Shown piece after piece: positions 34,243 to 43,674 of a stretch of DNA of 64,000 nt. The notes under the pieces are model-generated. The model ran no database searches, was not told the DNA's origin, and saw nothing but the letters and a program-made list of their open reading frames with translations. The stretch is taken from the IMG/VR virus record IMGVR_UViG_3300037851_000345, positions 124,067 to 188,066 of that record, one strand, 5' to 3'. The position numbers were made by a program, and so were the translations under genes. The first letter of the stretch is position 1. Each line of letters opens with the position of its first letter. This stretch comes from a virus (lineage: Duplodnaviria > Heunggongvirae > Uroviricota > Caudoviricetes).

Positions 34243-34635
34243 CTATTTAGAAGTCGCAAATGCCCCTTTATAAAGGCCCCCCTCTCTTATTTTTAAAGCA
34301 TTTTTAAATTCTTCTAAATATTCATTTGCTTCTGGACTTTCATTTATCCATTTACTTAAAGAGTTATTTCGAAAATGGGCCATAATAATTTCTAATTCTT
34401 TTTTAAATTGTTTTTCTAAATCAGAATATTTATGTAAGGCCCTTACAACATTAAGATATTCGGCCGCGAGACCACCAATCATTTCTGTAAGAAATTCAAT
34501 CTCTTCACGTGTGCCGTATTTATAAATATCTTCTCTAGTAAGAGAATTAAATATCTCCCCTGTGCCTGTACCCGTAAGACTTTTAAATTCTTTATTCATA
34601 ATCGAAAAATCATTTGCTAGTTTTTCTGTTGACAT
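34243..34635 (-). CDS. hypothetical protein
   Basis: 130 aa ORF downstream of the terminase on the minus strand. Confidence 0.4.
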   Translation of the reverse strand: MSTEKLANDFSIMNKEFKSLTGTGTGEIFNSLTREDIYKYGTREEIEFLTEMIGGLAAEYLNVVRALHKYSDLEKQFKKELEIIMAHFRNNSLSKWINESPEANEYLEEFKNALKIREGGLYKGAFATSK

Positions 34636-34654
34636 TTTACACTCCTACTCATAT

Positions 34655-36577
34655 TTATCGTTTTCTAGTAATGCGCCCGAAAGGTTTCCACATCGAAGTA
34701 ACATCCCCCATATCCTTGATGCTAATTTCGTTGTACAAGAGAGGGACTTCTCCTTCCGTCTTCAACTCTTCCATATTCTCTTTCTGCATCTGTTTGCGGA
34801 AGGATTCGTATGCGTTCCTAGAAATGTTTGCCCCTAGAATGGCTTCTAAGTATTGCTGTTCTCTAGATATCAAGCCATCTATCAAAGGAGTAATTGACAT
34901 AACGTCCTTCATTCGACTCCTGTCCGACATCATCCACGTTGCGAACTTCAAGGCAGTAATCAGGTCAAAGTGACTCGTGCCGTCATATCGTGGATGACTA
35001 ATATTTTCCTTACCCTTCCTATCTTCAAATAGCCGCATTTCTTCAAGCAAGAATTCGTCCACGACAGACACCATCCCCTTATCCACAACTGTCTTCAAGT
35101 TGTTTTTTAGGTCGATATTGTTCTTCCTGTCGGACTTAAATCCCCACGGGATGTAACCACGCCTCTTTGCCCCGCCAAGGGAACGAAATACCCGTCTCAC
35201 TAGGTAGTTGACCATCTTCTCATTGTCCCCTGAAAACTTATCCACCAAGAACTGCTTGAACATATCGTTCTTCTTGGAAAACTCGTTAGTGGTGATTTCC
35301 TCAATCAAGTTTTCGAAACGGACTGAGAACGTGCGCCCAACATCGTTCAATTCAAAAATCAGGAACCACTTGTCGTTCAATTGAGTCAGTAAGAAGATGA
35401 ACAGGAAGTTAAAGAAGTCATCGGGTAAAGTGTTTGCGTTCATGAACTGAAACGCTTGCTTAACCGCGAATGTTTCGAGGCTTGTCTCTCCCTGAAGTTT
35501 TATCTTACGCACGGAGAGGCCTATTACGGTGGAAAAGTTAAGTCCCTTGCCTTCGGAAATATCAATGCCGACCAAAAACGACTGGTCCCCAACAGTATCG
35601 TAAATCTTCATCGGTTCGCCTGTGTAGTTCTTATTTGGAACCCATTCGAACAGCGGCGGTTGGTATTGAAACCTAGCGATTACGTCAGGGTTAAAGAATC
35701 GAGCAACACCCGCCTGAATCTCAAACGAGTTGTCAAATTCCTGAGCGAATCGTTCCTCTCCGTTCTTGCCGCCGACGGCAAGGTCGCGGATAGTTTGCTC
35801 TCTCCACTTTTCATCCCTGCCTTTGCCTCTTGGGTCAACGTCCTTCCAATGAATCTGTTCCAAAATCCACTTCGGGTCGTAGAACGGGTTCGGCTCTCCT
35901 TTTATTGTCTTTTGAGTTTTACGCCACAGGTCGTAGAAGAGTTCTTTGCCGTTCGGGGTCGAACTAACAATCAAGCCGCCGTCCATCGATTGCATGATAG
36001 GGTAGTTAGAAGTCCAAAACTCACTCTGCAATTCAGGTGTAGGCAACCACGCAAATTCGTCCAAGTACAGAAGCGTCAAAGATTCCGAACGCAAACCTGA
36101 CTTGCTCGTCGCGGCACAGAATACGATGGTTCCGTCTTCCAATTCCAATTCAAACTTGCTGTCGCTTGTTGAACTTGATAGCCTGAACATATCAGGAAGT
36201 TTTTCATACATCCCGCTGAATCTGCGGAATATTTTTCTTGCGTTATCCTTCTTGTTTGCAAGGATGCCGATATTGGAAGAGGACGTGAAAGTAATAAGCC
36301 ACAGGATGAATACTAGAACAAGCGTGGTCTTTGAAGACTGACGGGGAGAGAGTAGGACAACATACTTGTTCTTCCAATTGTTCTGTAAGTCTACGAGTAT
36401 CTTTTTTTGCTTCGGATAGATAACATCAGATAGCCGCAACGTTCCCCTTGCAGGGTTGTATATTTTAACGTGTTCGACGAATTTCAAAATATCCTGAGAA
36501 CACTCGTAGAAAGTCTTCAATTCATCAACTGTCAAGGTCGGCAAGGGGGCGCGAACTTTTGTTGCTATTTTAGCCAT
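34655..36577 (-). CDS. terL: terminase large subunit (TerL)
   Basis: VVLLSPRQSSKTT is a Walker A-like P-loop and LLYLDEFAW a Walker B. The 640 aa size and the C-terminal nuclease-domain acidic residues fit TerL. Confidence 0.65.
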   Translation of the reverse strand: MAKIATKVRAPLPTLTVDELKTFYECSQDILKFVEHVKIYNPARGTLRLSDVIYPKQKKILVDLQNNWKNKYVVLLSPRQSSKTTLVLVFILWLITFTSSSNIGILANKKDNARKIFRRFSGMYEKLPDMFRLSSSTSDSKFELELEDGTIVFCAATSKSGLRSESLTLLYLDEFAWLPTPELQSEFWTSNYPIMQSMDGGLIVSSTPNGKELFYDLWRKTQKTIKGEPNPFYDPKWILEQIHWKDVDPRGKGRDEKWREQTIRDLAVGGKNGEERFAQEFDNSFEIQAGVARFFNPDVIARFQYQPPLFEWVPNKNYTGEPMKIYDTVGDQSFLVGIDISEGKGLNFSTVIGLSVRKIKLQGETSLETFAVKQAFQFMNANTLPDDFFNFLFIFLLTQLNDKWFLIFELNDVGRTFSVRFENLIEEITTNEFSKKNDMFKQFLVDKFSGDNEKMVNYLVRRVFRSLGGAKRRGYIPWGFKSDRKNNIDLKNNLKTVVDKGMVSVVDEFLLEEMRLFEDRKGKENISHPRYDGTSHFDLITALKFATWMMSDRSRMKDVMSITPLIDGLISREQQYLEAILGANISRNAYESFRKQMQKENMEELKTEGEVPLLYNEISIKDMGDVTSMWKPFGRITRKR

Positions 36578-36582
36578 TTATT

Positions 36583-37335
36583 TTACTTCCTTTTTAATTT
36601 GTCTTCCAACTCTTTTTTCAGGTTCATATATAAACCATATAATCGTTTCTTAATTTTTTGTTGATTTTTTGGAGTTAAATTTTCAAAAAATTCTTTAAAT
36701 GTACCACTAGTATATTTTTTAAAATCTTTCATGAAACTATCGAACGTTTCTAAATAAGTTTCATAAAAATCTTGTTCCTTATCTTTGTTATATAATTCTA
36801 AGGTGTAATAAAAAATGTCTTCATAATTTGAAACTGCCTGTTGATAATAAGCATTCAATTCTAATGGATGATTAACATATTTAAATATACCTTCGCGCTT
36901 GAAAATTTTCTCCGTACCTAATGCGGCATGAAGAGTTTTTTTATTCTTAAATCGTTTAAGGTCTAAATAATGTATAAATTCATGAATAAATGACTCTTCT
37001 ATCCACCCATCTTTATTATCTTTTTGTACTTGTCTTATTAAATCTGGTTTATTAGGAAGAAAAATTTTAATTGTCGTTGTTTCATCCTCTAAATTATCTA
37101 CATCTTTCTCTGCTACGGCCTGATACCATTTTTTTGGATTTTTAGATGGGAATATTTGTAAAATCAAATCAGAATATTCACCATCAATATCTTTAATCTC
37201 TAATTCGTTTCCAGATGCATTAGAATATTTATACCATTTTTCTTTTGGAGTTTTAATAATTTTTTTCCAAAGGTCGAAAGCCTTCTGTCTATAAATTCTG
37301 TCTTGATTTATAGACTCCATTACCCTGAATTTCAT
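36583..37335 (-). CDS. hypothetical protein, MKF family (MKFRVME)
   Basis: 250 aa ORF. Confidence 0.45.
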   Translation of the reverse strand: MKFRVMESINQDRIYRQKAFDLWKKIIKTPKEKWYKYSNASGNELEIKDIDGEYSDLILQIFPSKNPKKWYQAVAEKDVDNLEDETTTIKIFLPNKPDLIRQVQKDNKDGWIEESFIHEFIHYLDLKRFKNKKTLHAALGTEKIFKREGIFKYVNHPLELNAYYQQAVSNYEDIFYYTLELYNKDKEQDFYETYLETFDSFMKDFKKYTSGTFKEFFENLTPKNQQKIKKRLYGLYMNLKKELEDKLKRK

Positions 37336-37667
37336 TTTTTAGCACCTTCCAACAATTTAAGGATTGATTCTTTCGACCCTTGAAATTCATCAACCTTCGT
37401 GCTGTGCTGATTCTCTTCCAATTCCAATAGGGAGTTAATCTCGTTTTCGATCATATTGCGGGTCGTGAGCATCTCGTTGATTTTAGAAAGCAGTTGGGCA
37501 ATTCCTGAAAGGGTCTGCTTGCCATCTATCTTTCCATTGTTGGCTTTAAACAATGCCCCGAACTCAGACGTGGTGATGTCGTACAACGACATCGACTTGG
37601 TAAGAGTGTCGTTTATCTCGTCTAGTGTTTTCCGTTTTTCGTCAATCTTTTCCTGAACTGATTTCAT
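37332..37667 (-). CDS. hypothetical coiled-coil protein
   Basis: 111 aa ORF. Confidence 0.4.
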   Translation of the reverse strand: MKSVQEKIDEKRKTLDEINDTLTKSMSLYDITTSEFGALFKANNGKIDGKQTLSGIAQLLSKINEMLTTRNMIENEINSLLELEENQHSTKVDEFQGSKESILKLLEGAKK

Positions 37668-37668
37668 T

Positions 37669-38058
37669 TTATACCTTCATTGAATTTTCTTTGTCCTCTT
37701 TTTCATTTTCATTTTCATTTTCGGATTCATCTTCGTCATCTTTTTCGTCCTTTTCATCACCCTCTTCTTCTTTTTCCTCTTCGCTATCTTCGGCTTCCTT
37801 TTCGCCTTCCTTTTTAGCCTTGTCTTCCATTTTCTTCAGGCGGGTATAGTAGTCCTTGATTTTGGCAAGGTGGTCAAGAGCAATCTTCTTGGCAATATCT
37901 TTGTTTACTGTGTGTTCCATTTCAACATTGATACCCATTTCCAACTGTTCGGCGTCTACATCTTTTTCTGTTAACTTTTTTTCATAAGACCTGCCGGCAT
38001 TGGTAAAATCAGTCCCAAAGTTGAACGTTGATAATTCTTCAGCAATTTTAAATTTCAT
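37669..38058 (-). CDS. hypothetical protein, MKF family (MKFKIAE) with extremely acidic C-terminal tail
   Basis: C-terminal DSEEEKEEEGDEKDEKDDEDESENENENEKEDKE is a DNA-mimic/Ocr-like charge pattern. Confidence 0.5.
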   Translation of the reverse strand: MKFKIAEELSTFNFGTDFTNAGRSYEKKLTEKDVDAEQLEMGINVEMEHTVNKDIAKKIALDHLAKIKDYYTRLKKMEDKAKKEGEKEAEDSEEEKEEEGDEKDEKDDEDESENENENEKEDKENSMKV

Positions 38059-38153
38059 TTTACACCCCTAATATTAATACTCACTCGGTAATTAGTACCC
38101 CATATCTCTAATAATATCCGTTACATCATTAGAGTCCAATTCAATAGCATCCT

Positions 38154-38681
38154 TTAACATGGATTTTTTACGTCTGCAATATCAAGCAAAGATACATGAC
38201 TACGCATTTCATATTCATCCAATGCGTTATCAATCCTGTAAGCATCTTTTTTCTTCTTAATAATTCCCCAAACTTCTTTATTTTCCGTGTCTATTAAAAC
38301 CCGCGGGCCTGTTTCATAATTCTCTTTGATTTTACCTTTATGTTTTAAAATATTTCTAGCCATCTCTTCTCCTTCAGGGGTCATTTCTGGTAATTCATAT
38401 TTAGTCAAATATTCTAACGGAACCCACACACTATATTTTGACATTTCAGGGTCGCTAGAAGATATAGAAATAAATGCCCTGTCTTCATCTATCTCATCCA
38501 AATTCCATATAGCATCATAATAAATTTCAGGTAGGAGTTCTTCTGAATCAGTATCAAAATTAAAATAAGTAATTTCATCACCCTCATCTTCCATCATCCA
38601 AAGCATAGCGGGGATGAATTTTACTTTACTACCAATATTTAAAGACTCTTTCAATTTCATATTCCTACCCCTAATATTCAC
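38154..38681 (-). CDS. hypothetical acidic protein
   Basis: 175 aa ORF; internal Met gives MKLKESL. Confidence 0.4.
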   Translation of the reverse strand: MNIRGRNMKLKESLNIGSKVKFIPAMLWMMEDEGDEITYFNFDTDSEELLPEIYYDAIWNLDEIDEDRAFISISSSDPEMSKYSVWVPLEYLTKYELPEMTPEGEEMARNILKHKGKIKENYETGPRVLIDTENKEVWGIIKKKKDAYRIDNALDEYEMRSHVSLLDIADVKNPC

Positions 38682-39063
38682 TTGGTAACATAATCACCCA
38701 CAACTCACCATCGTAAGACAGGTAGAGTCTTAGGTCGTAGGTTAAGTCCGTGTAAGGGATATCTTGGGTAACGTAAATCTTGCCGCTTCCATTATCGACT
38801 GTGAATTGACAGCCAGTTTTTTCCTTTCTAGTAACTTTGACGGTGAAAAAGGAATCCTTATCCCTCAGTCTAGGGAGATACGATGCAACAATATCCATCA
38901 CCCAAAAGCATTTTAACTTTTGACACATCTCTACAACGCCATCCGTGGCTACGAAGGTTCTGAACAGCGCAGAGACACGATGATAACTTTCCGTGCCTGA
39001 AGATTGCGGGTCTTTGTAAACATTATCCTGTTTGATTTCTTTTTCTGTTAGTTTAAATTTCAT
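38671..39063 (-). CDS. hypothetical protein, MKF family (MKFKLTE)
   Basis: 130 aa ORF. Confidence 0.45.
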   Translation of the reverse strand: MKFKLTEKEIKQDNVYKDPQSSGTESYHRVSALFRTFVATDGVVEMCQKLKCFWVMDIVASYLPRLRDKDSFFTVKVTRKEKTGCQFTVDNGSGKIYVTQDIPYTDLTYDLRLYLSYDGELWVIMLPSEY

Positions 39064-39064
39064 A

Positions 39065-39316
39065 TTAAGACTCCTTTAAATCACATCCACCCGTGGAAGA
39101 AACTGATGGGGTGAATCCATTAGGCCATCCTTTTTGGGGTGGAACTCTATTTTGGGGTGGAACTCTATTTTGGGGATGTTCCCACCAGCCGCCATCAGTA
39201 TTAATCTTTGTTTTTAAATATTTACATTGTTTAGGGAATGTACAGGTTTCTTCTTGATTTGGGTTTCTACCACCTGTTGTAAATCCTTCTACAACTTCAA
39301 CAATTTTAAATTTCAT
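39065..39316 (-). CDS. hypothetical protein, MKF family (MKFKIVE) with PQNRVP tandem repeat
   Basis: 83 aa ORF. An 18-nt direct DNA repeat at about 39113-39165 encodes PQNRVPPQNRVPPQ. Confidence 0.4.
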   Translation of the reverse strand: MKFKIVEVVEGFTTGGRNPNQEETCTFPKQCKYLKTKINTDGGWWEHPQNRVPPQNRVPPQKGWPNGFTPSVSSTGGCDLKES

Positions 39317-39791
39317 TGTGTCGTACTCCTAATATATTTCTAAAATAAAAACCCAAATAAGGGTTCTTCTTTTTTGCCTTCTTAAAAACTTCATTCACCG
39401 CATCCTCGTCCAAAAGTAATTCACTTTCATAAGACTCTGCCAAATAAAAATCATTACTAGTACCCTGACGTTGTACACAAACCATATATTTAGTAGAATC
39501 TGAACAGCCTTTCCACCAGTCCTCATCAATATTAGATAATTTACCATGTTCTTGTAATCGATTTATTAAGTGGTTATGTATGATGTTAGAATAAGATTCA
39601 TACTCTTCAGAACTGTCGCCTATCCATTTGGCTTCCATATATAAATCACCATTTATATCGATAATGGCTCGATTATTTTTTGAATCCTCTTTAGAGTTTA
39701 ATTCCTGACTTGTTGGATTTTTGTAAATATAATAAGTTTTATTACCCCATCCGAAAGAAGTAAAAACACTTTCAAGTAGTTTGAATTTCAT
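39306..39791 (-). CDS. hypothetical protein, MKF family (MKFKLLE); paralog of 13974..14462
   Basis: Shares YYIYKNPT, NRAIIDINGDLYMEAKWI and KKKNPY blocks with the 13974 ORF. Confidence 0.5.
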   Translation of the reverse strand: MKFKLLESVFTSFGWGNKTYYIYKNPTSQELNSKEDSKNNRAIIDINGDLYMEAKWIGDSSEEYESYSNIIHNHLINRLQEHGKLSNIDEDWWKGCSDSTKYMVCVQRQGTSNDFYLAESYESELLLDEDAVNEVFKKAKKKNPYLGFYFRNILGVRHNEI

Positions 39792-40492
39792 TAGTAATTT
39801 CCAAACGGGTTATCCCCTGGCGTGTAGGTATGTTGTTCTTCACACTTCTGTTCGATTCCTGCCGTTATACCCACAGGGTTGCCGTTCGCATCAGTTGCAC
39901 CTGGTGGATTCGATTTGCCTAGGATGTATTGTACTGGCAAACCCTGCTCGTCAGGAGCCCAGCCAGGCTCGGTGATATCTTCCGTAACCCTCTCGTCTTC
40001 GCCGCTGTCTTGCCAAATCTTCGCCGTCAATTTCCAAGTCAACTTGTTGCCCCAAAAGTTTGCATCGCTGTCAACGAGGTTTACGACTTCAAACATCAAC
40101 TTAACGTGTTCGATGTAAAAGAGGTCTCCGATGGAAGGAGATAAAGTTTTCGTAGTGTCCTTCCAATATGTCTTTTCGATAATCAGGTTGACTTCATCGA
40201 TGATTTGATTTCCGTATCTTTGGTTCTCAATCATTTCCTCTAGGTATTGGAACACGGCTTTGATTGCGATAGGTCTGCACCATTTCTTGTTTGCCTTCTC
40301 CAAGAAAACAGGGTCCATTCCCATTTCAGCATCTTGGAGCCTGTACCAATAGACAAAGAGACCGCCGATTTTATTGTATTCTTGGAGAAAACTAATCATG
40401 GTTTTCGTATCGACATTTTCGTTGATATGGAAGTAATCCATATCCAATGGCTTCTCGGTGTCAAACGAATCAGGACGGTTTTCGAAAGGCAT
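39791..40492 (-). CDS. hypothetical protein
   Basis: 233 aa ORF. Confidence 0.45.
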   Translation of the reverse strand: MPFENRPDSFDTEKPLDMDYFHINENVDTKTMISFLQEYNKIGGLFVYWYRLQDAEMGMDPVFLEKANKKWCRPIAIKAVFQYLEEMIENQRYGNQIIDEVNLIIEKTYWKDTTKTLSPSIGDLFYIEHVKLMFEVVNLVDSDANFWGNKLTWKLTAKIWQDSGEDERVTEDITEPGWAPDEQGLPVQYILGKSNPPGATDANGNPVGITAGIEQKCEEQHTYTPGDNPFGNY

Positions 40493-40500
40493 TATGTCCC

Positions 40501-40860
40501 CTACTTAATAGCAAAATAAGACATCTTATCAACAAGGTCTCTCAAGTGGTTGGATACTCTGACTATATCGGCCTCTATTCTTGTTTCTGTAGCCTTGACT
40601 GTCAACATCTCAGATTTTAATTCTTCCAGCGATGTCCTGCATTGATTTATTTTTCTTTGAATATCATCAAAAGTCTCCTTATCAAATGGCATTTCAATTT
40701 TTACAGGCTCAGGTTCCTTTTTACTTTCTTTTTTTAACCAAAGCCAAATCAATCCAAATCCTGCGATGATAATAGAGGCTAAAAAAATAAGCCCGGGCCA
40801 ATTCATAGTTTGGACGGTTTGCGTAGCAGTATCAACGGTTGCAGGGTCAACAATGGGCAT
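40501..40860 (-). CDS. membrane protein (single TM helix + C-terminal coiled coil)
   Basis: GLIFLASIIIAGFGLIWLWL is a hydrophobic helix, followed by a Lys-rich stretch and a heptad-like region. Confidence 0.45.
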   Translation of the reverse strand: MPIVDPATVDTATQTVQTMNWPGLIFLASIIIAGFGLIWLWLKKESKKEPEPVKIEMPFDKETFDDIQRKINQCRTSLEELKSEMLTVKATETRIEADIVRVSNHLRDLVDKMSYFAIK

Positions 40861-42410
40861 TATTTTTCTCCTCTACTTGTCATATTTTTTAAATCCGCAC
40901 CAATGCGGGATAAGGCTTTCTGGAACTCATCCTTTAATTTATCTTCGACTGCTTTTTTCTCTCTCTTTTTCATCTCTTCATCGGTAACATCACGAGCTAC
41001 CATATACGTCTTTGTCCCGCTACCATTCATGAATGCAATTCGCCATTGAATATTTAAAATCCTAATTTTACCTGATTTAGTTATGAAATCACAAATCGTA
41101 CTGTGAATAGAAGTATCTTTTTTTCTTAAAGAGTCTGAATGAACTTTATCACATTTTTCAATCGACTCTTCCGTAAAATAAGATTGTATTTGTGTACCTA
41201 TTAGTTCTTCTGCCATAAATTCTGTTATATTATAAACACCTTTATTTGCAAAAGTAATGATAAAATTTTTATCCATTTCCATGACAATTTCGGAAATGTT
41301 TTCAACAATATCTCTGAACTTTTCCTGATTGAATTTGAGTTCCCTGTTCATCTTTCTCAAATCAGTAATATTGCGGATAATCGAAACAAAGTAATGTTGC
41401 CCATTAATTTCCATAATTTCACCTGAAACAATAGCATCAATTATTCCATGTTTTGTCCTAAATTTTGCTTCATAATTAGTAATTTGTTTTTCTGTCAATA
41501 ATTTTTGAATATATTTACTTCTTTCTTCTATATCAAACCAAAATTCCATTTCGATCGTGGTCTTTCCTAACATCTCATTCAAGGTATATCCCGTAAGGGC
41601 AATTCCCGCCTCATTAACATCAAGAATTTTTCCATCCACAACAGAAGTGAGTAGAATGGCATCAGGGCTCGTCTTGAAAATCTTTTTAAATTTTTGTTCG
41701 CTTTCCGTCAACTTACCAACCATCTCTATCTTGTCGGTAACGTCCCTGACAATAGCCATTACTGTATGGTCGAAATCGAAAATCAATCGTGATTCAAAAT
41801 ATCTCTTGCTGCCGTACAAAACCAATTCGTACTCAAAACTTCTAGGTTCCTTTGTTTCAATAACTTCTCTGATTAATTTATATACCCCTTCAGCAATTTC
41901 TTTCGGTAGGACTTCCTCTAGTTTTTTTCCGATAAATACATCCTTTGGTTGAATAAGAAGTTTTGGGTTGCTAGTCCAACAATCCAAATATGTGCCATCT
42001 TGCCCAAACCTAAAAAATAAATCAGGAAGTGCTTTAATGATAGAAGCGTTTTTAATCTCTACTGTTTTCTCTTCTGTGCGGTCATAATAAATATTAACGA
42101 TTTCACCTGTCTTTGCCTTGTAAACAAAATTTTCACGCCATCCTGAAATGCGCTCGTCCTGATAAAATGAAGTAGGATGTTGTTCGGCTTTGCCTGTCCT
42201 GCAGACATTTCGCATCGTGGTAAGCAGACTAAAACTTTCTATCCCAGGCCAAATCTCTGTTATCAGTTTCCCAATAGCGTCTTCCTTTTTTAGTTTTTCT
42301 ATTTTTAAAGCTTCAGGATTGATATCCTTGATAATAAAATTATTTCCGTCGTCGACAGGGGTTGTAATCACAATCCCATTGTTGGAATATTCAAAAAGGC
42401 TTTGAAACAT
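40860..42410 (-). CDS. multi-PAS-domain protein (no recognisable output domain)
   Basis: There are 3-4 tandem repeats of about 110 aa with PAS-fold signatures, e.g. ILLTSVVDGKILDVNEAGIALTGYTLNEMLGK...YEAKFRTKHG...VSIIRNITD. Confidence 0.5.
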   Translation of the reverse strand: MFQSLFEYSNNGIVITTPVDDGNNFIIKDINPEALKIEKLKKEDAIGKLITEIWPGIESFSLLTTMRNVCRTGKAEQHPTSFYQDERISGWRENFVYKAKTGEIVNIYYDRTEEKTVEIKNASIIKALPDLFFRFGQDGTYLDCWTSNPKLLIQPKDVFIGKKLEEVLPKEIAEGVYKLIREVIETKEPRSFEYELVLYGSKRYFESRLIFDFDHTVMAIVRDVTDKIEMVGKLTESEQKFKKIFKTSPDAILLTSVVDGKILDVNEAGIALTGYTLNEMLGKTTIEMEFWFDIEERSKYIQKLLTEKQITNYEAKFRTKHGIIDAIVSGEIMEINGQHYFVSIIRNITDLRKMNRELKFNQEKFRDIVENISEIVMEMDKNFIITFANKGVYNITEFMAEELIGTQIQSYFTEESIEKCDKVHSDSLRKKDTSIHSTICDFITKSGKIRILNIQWRIAFMNGSGTKTYMVARDVTDEEMKKREKKAVEDKLKDEFQKALSRIGADLKNMTSRGEK

Positions 42411-42454
42411 TTTTCAGACCACTCCTACACATATTTATTGTTTTATTACAACTT

Positions 42455-42465
42455 GTAGTATAATT
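42455..42465 (+). promoter_or_regulatory. extended -10 promoter-like element TGTAGTATAAT
   Basis: Lies at the strand-switch region upstream of a 53-aa basic ORF (42482..42643) and the lipoprotein gene. Confidence 0.35.
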
Positions 42466-42693
42466 AAGATGGAGAGGAACTATGGCGAAACATAAGACGC
42501 TTACTAAAAACATCGTAATCAAACAGACGCCTCGGCTCTACAAGTACAGCATCAAGATGATTCAAAAAGTCAAACCCAACACCAAGAAAGATTACCGTCG
42601 CAAGTACGAAAAACAGAACTTGTCCAAGAATCAGAACATTTAACCTCTAAAATCTTGGCATCTGATTTGCATATAATATGGAGGAGGTGAAAG

Positions 42694-43407
42694 ATGAAAA
42701 AGATTCTTTTCACAATTGTGTTTGTATTAACAGCACTACTGACTACGGGGTGTTCGATAGTGTTCGCACAGCCACAATACGACTACGAAGAAGAATACAG
42801 AGCAGACTACGCATGCTTGGACAACTACGCTCAGGTAGATTGGTCTATCGCTGACTACGATATTCTCTATAGTTATTACGACAGCGTCAGGGTATTCCTA
42901 GTGATTTTCGGCAATCACATTTACATCATCCCCTACGACTATTTCTACCACTACATTGTACCACGATTCAAAGGGCGCATTATTTGGCGTTCCTACGATT
43001 GGTTCTGTAATTCTTGGGGATACAGCTACTACAACAGCCTGTGGAGCTATTGGTATTACCACCACAATCGTCCGCACTGGAGACCACACTACGATTACTA
43101 CTATCAACACAGGAACAGCGGCCACGATCAGCCCTTTATCATCCTCAAGGACAGTCTGAAACGACCTCGCCGATACCGCCGCCAGATACCCGTACAGCCA
43201 CGTAGGGACACGATGAGGGTAATTCCCCGAAATGAGCGCAAAATCGTACCTAGAGACAATTTCCCACGCAGTTTTAACCCTTCTAGACGGGAATATCGGA
43301 CTACAGTTGTTCCTCATGAACCAACAATTACACCTTACTACAATTTAACACCACCAACGACACCCGTAAAACACGATGATGGTGACTCCGCAAGAAAAAA
43401 AAGATAG
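42694..43407 (+). CDS. Tyr/Trp/His-rich secreted lipoprotein
   Basis: A signal peptide with a lipobox (LLTTGC) is followed by an aromatic-rich, low-complexity body with YDY repeats and a Pro/Arg-rich C-terminus. SD ggaggaggtgaaag. Confidence 0.5.
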   Translation: MKKILFTIVFVLTALLTTGCSIVFAQPQYDYEEEYRADYACLDNYAQVDWSIADYDILYSYYDSVRVFLVIFGNHIYIIPYDYFYHYIVPRFKGRIIWRSYDWFCNSWGYSYYNSLWSYWYYHHNRPHWRPHYDYYYQHRNSGHDQPFIILKDSLKRPRRYRRQIPVQPRRDTMRVIPRNERKIVPRDNFPRSFNPSRREYRTTVVPHEPTITPYYNLTPPTTPVKHDDGDSARKKR

Positions 43408-43420
43408 TTTCGTAACAAAA

Positions 43421-43431
43421 TGTGGTATAAT
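43421..43431 (+). promoter_or_regulatory. extended -10 promoter element TGTGGTATAAT
   Basis: Upstream of small ORF 43441..43639. Confidence 0.4.
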
Positions 43432-43440
43432 AAGGGAGAT

Positions 43441-43639
43441 GAAGACAGCATCTCCCTTTTCTGTTTGCGGGGATGATAAAGGATATTGGATTAACGAAAT
43501 CGAAGAGGTAAGTACTGTCCCACGAGCAACTATCGTCAAGGTTCTGGACTGTGTGAAGAAGTCCGAATTTAAACGGAAATTATCGCCGATTGCCACGATG
43601 CCGATGATACAAACGCTTTGGTGGCTTGACAAGCAGTAA
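43441..43639 (+). CDS. hypothetical small protein
   Basis: 66 aa ORF using the internal Met of the 43376 ORF, after SD taagggag. Confidence 0.3.
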
Positions 43640-43674
43640 AAATTGTGATAAGATACTAAGACAAGGAGTGTCCA

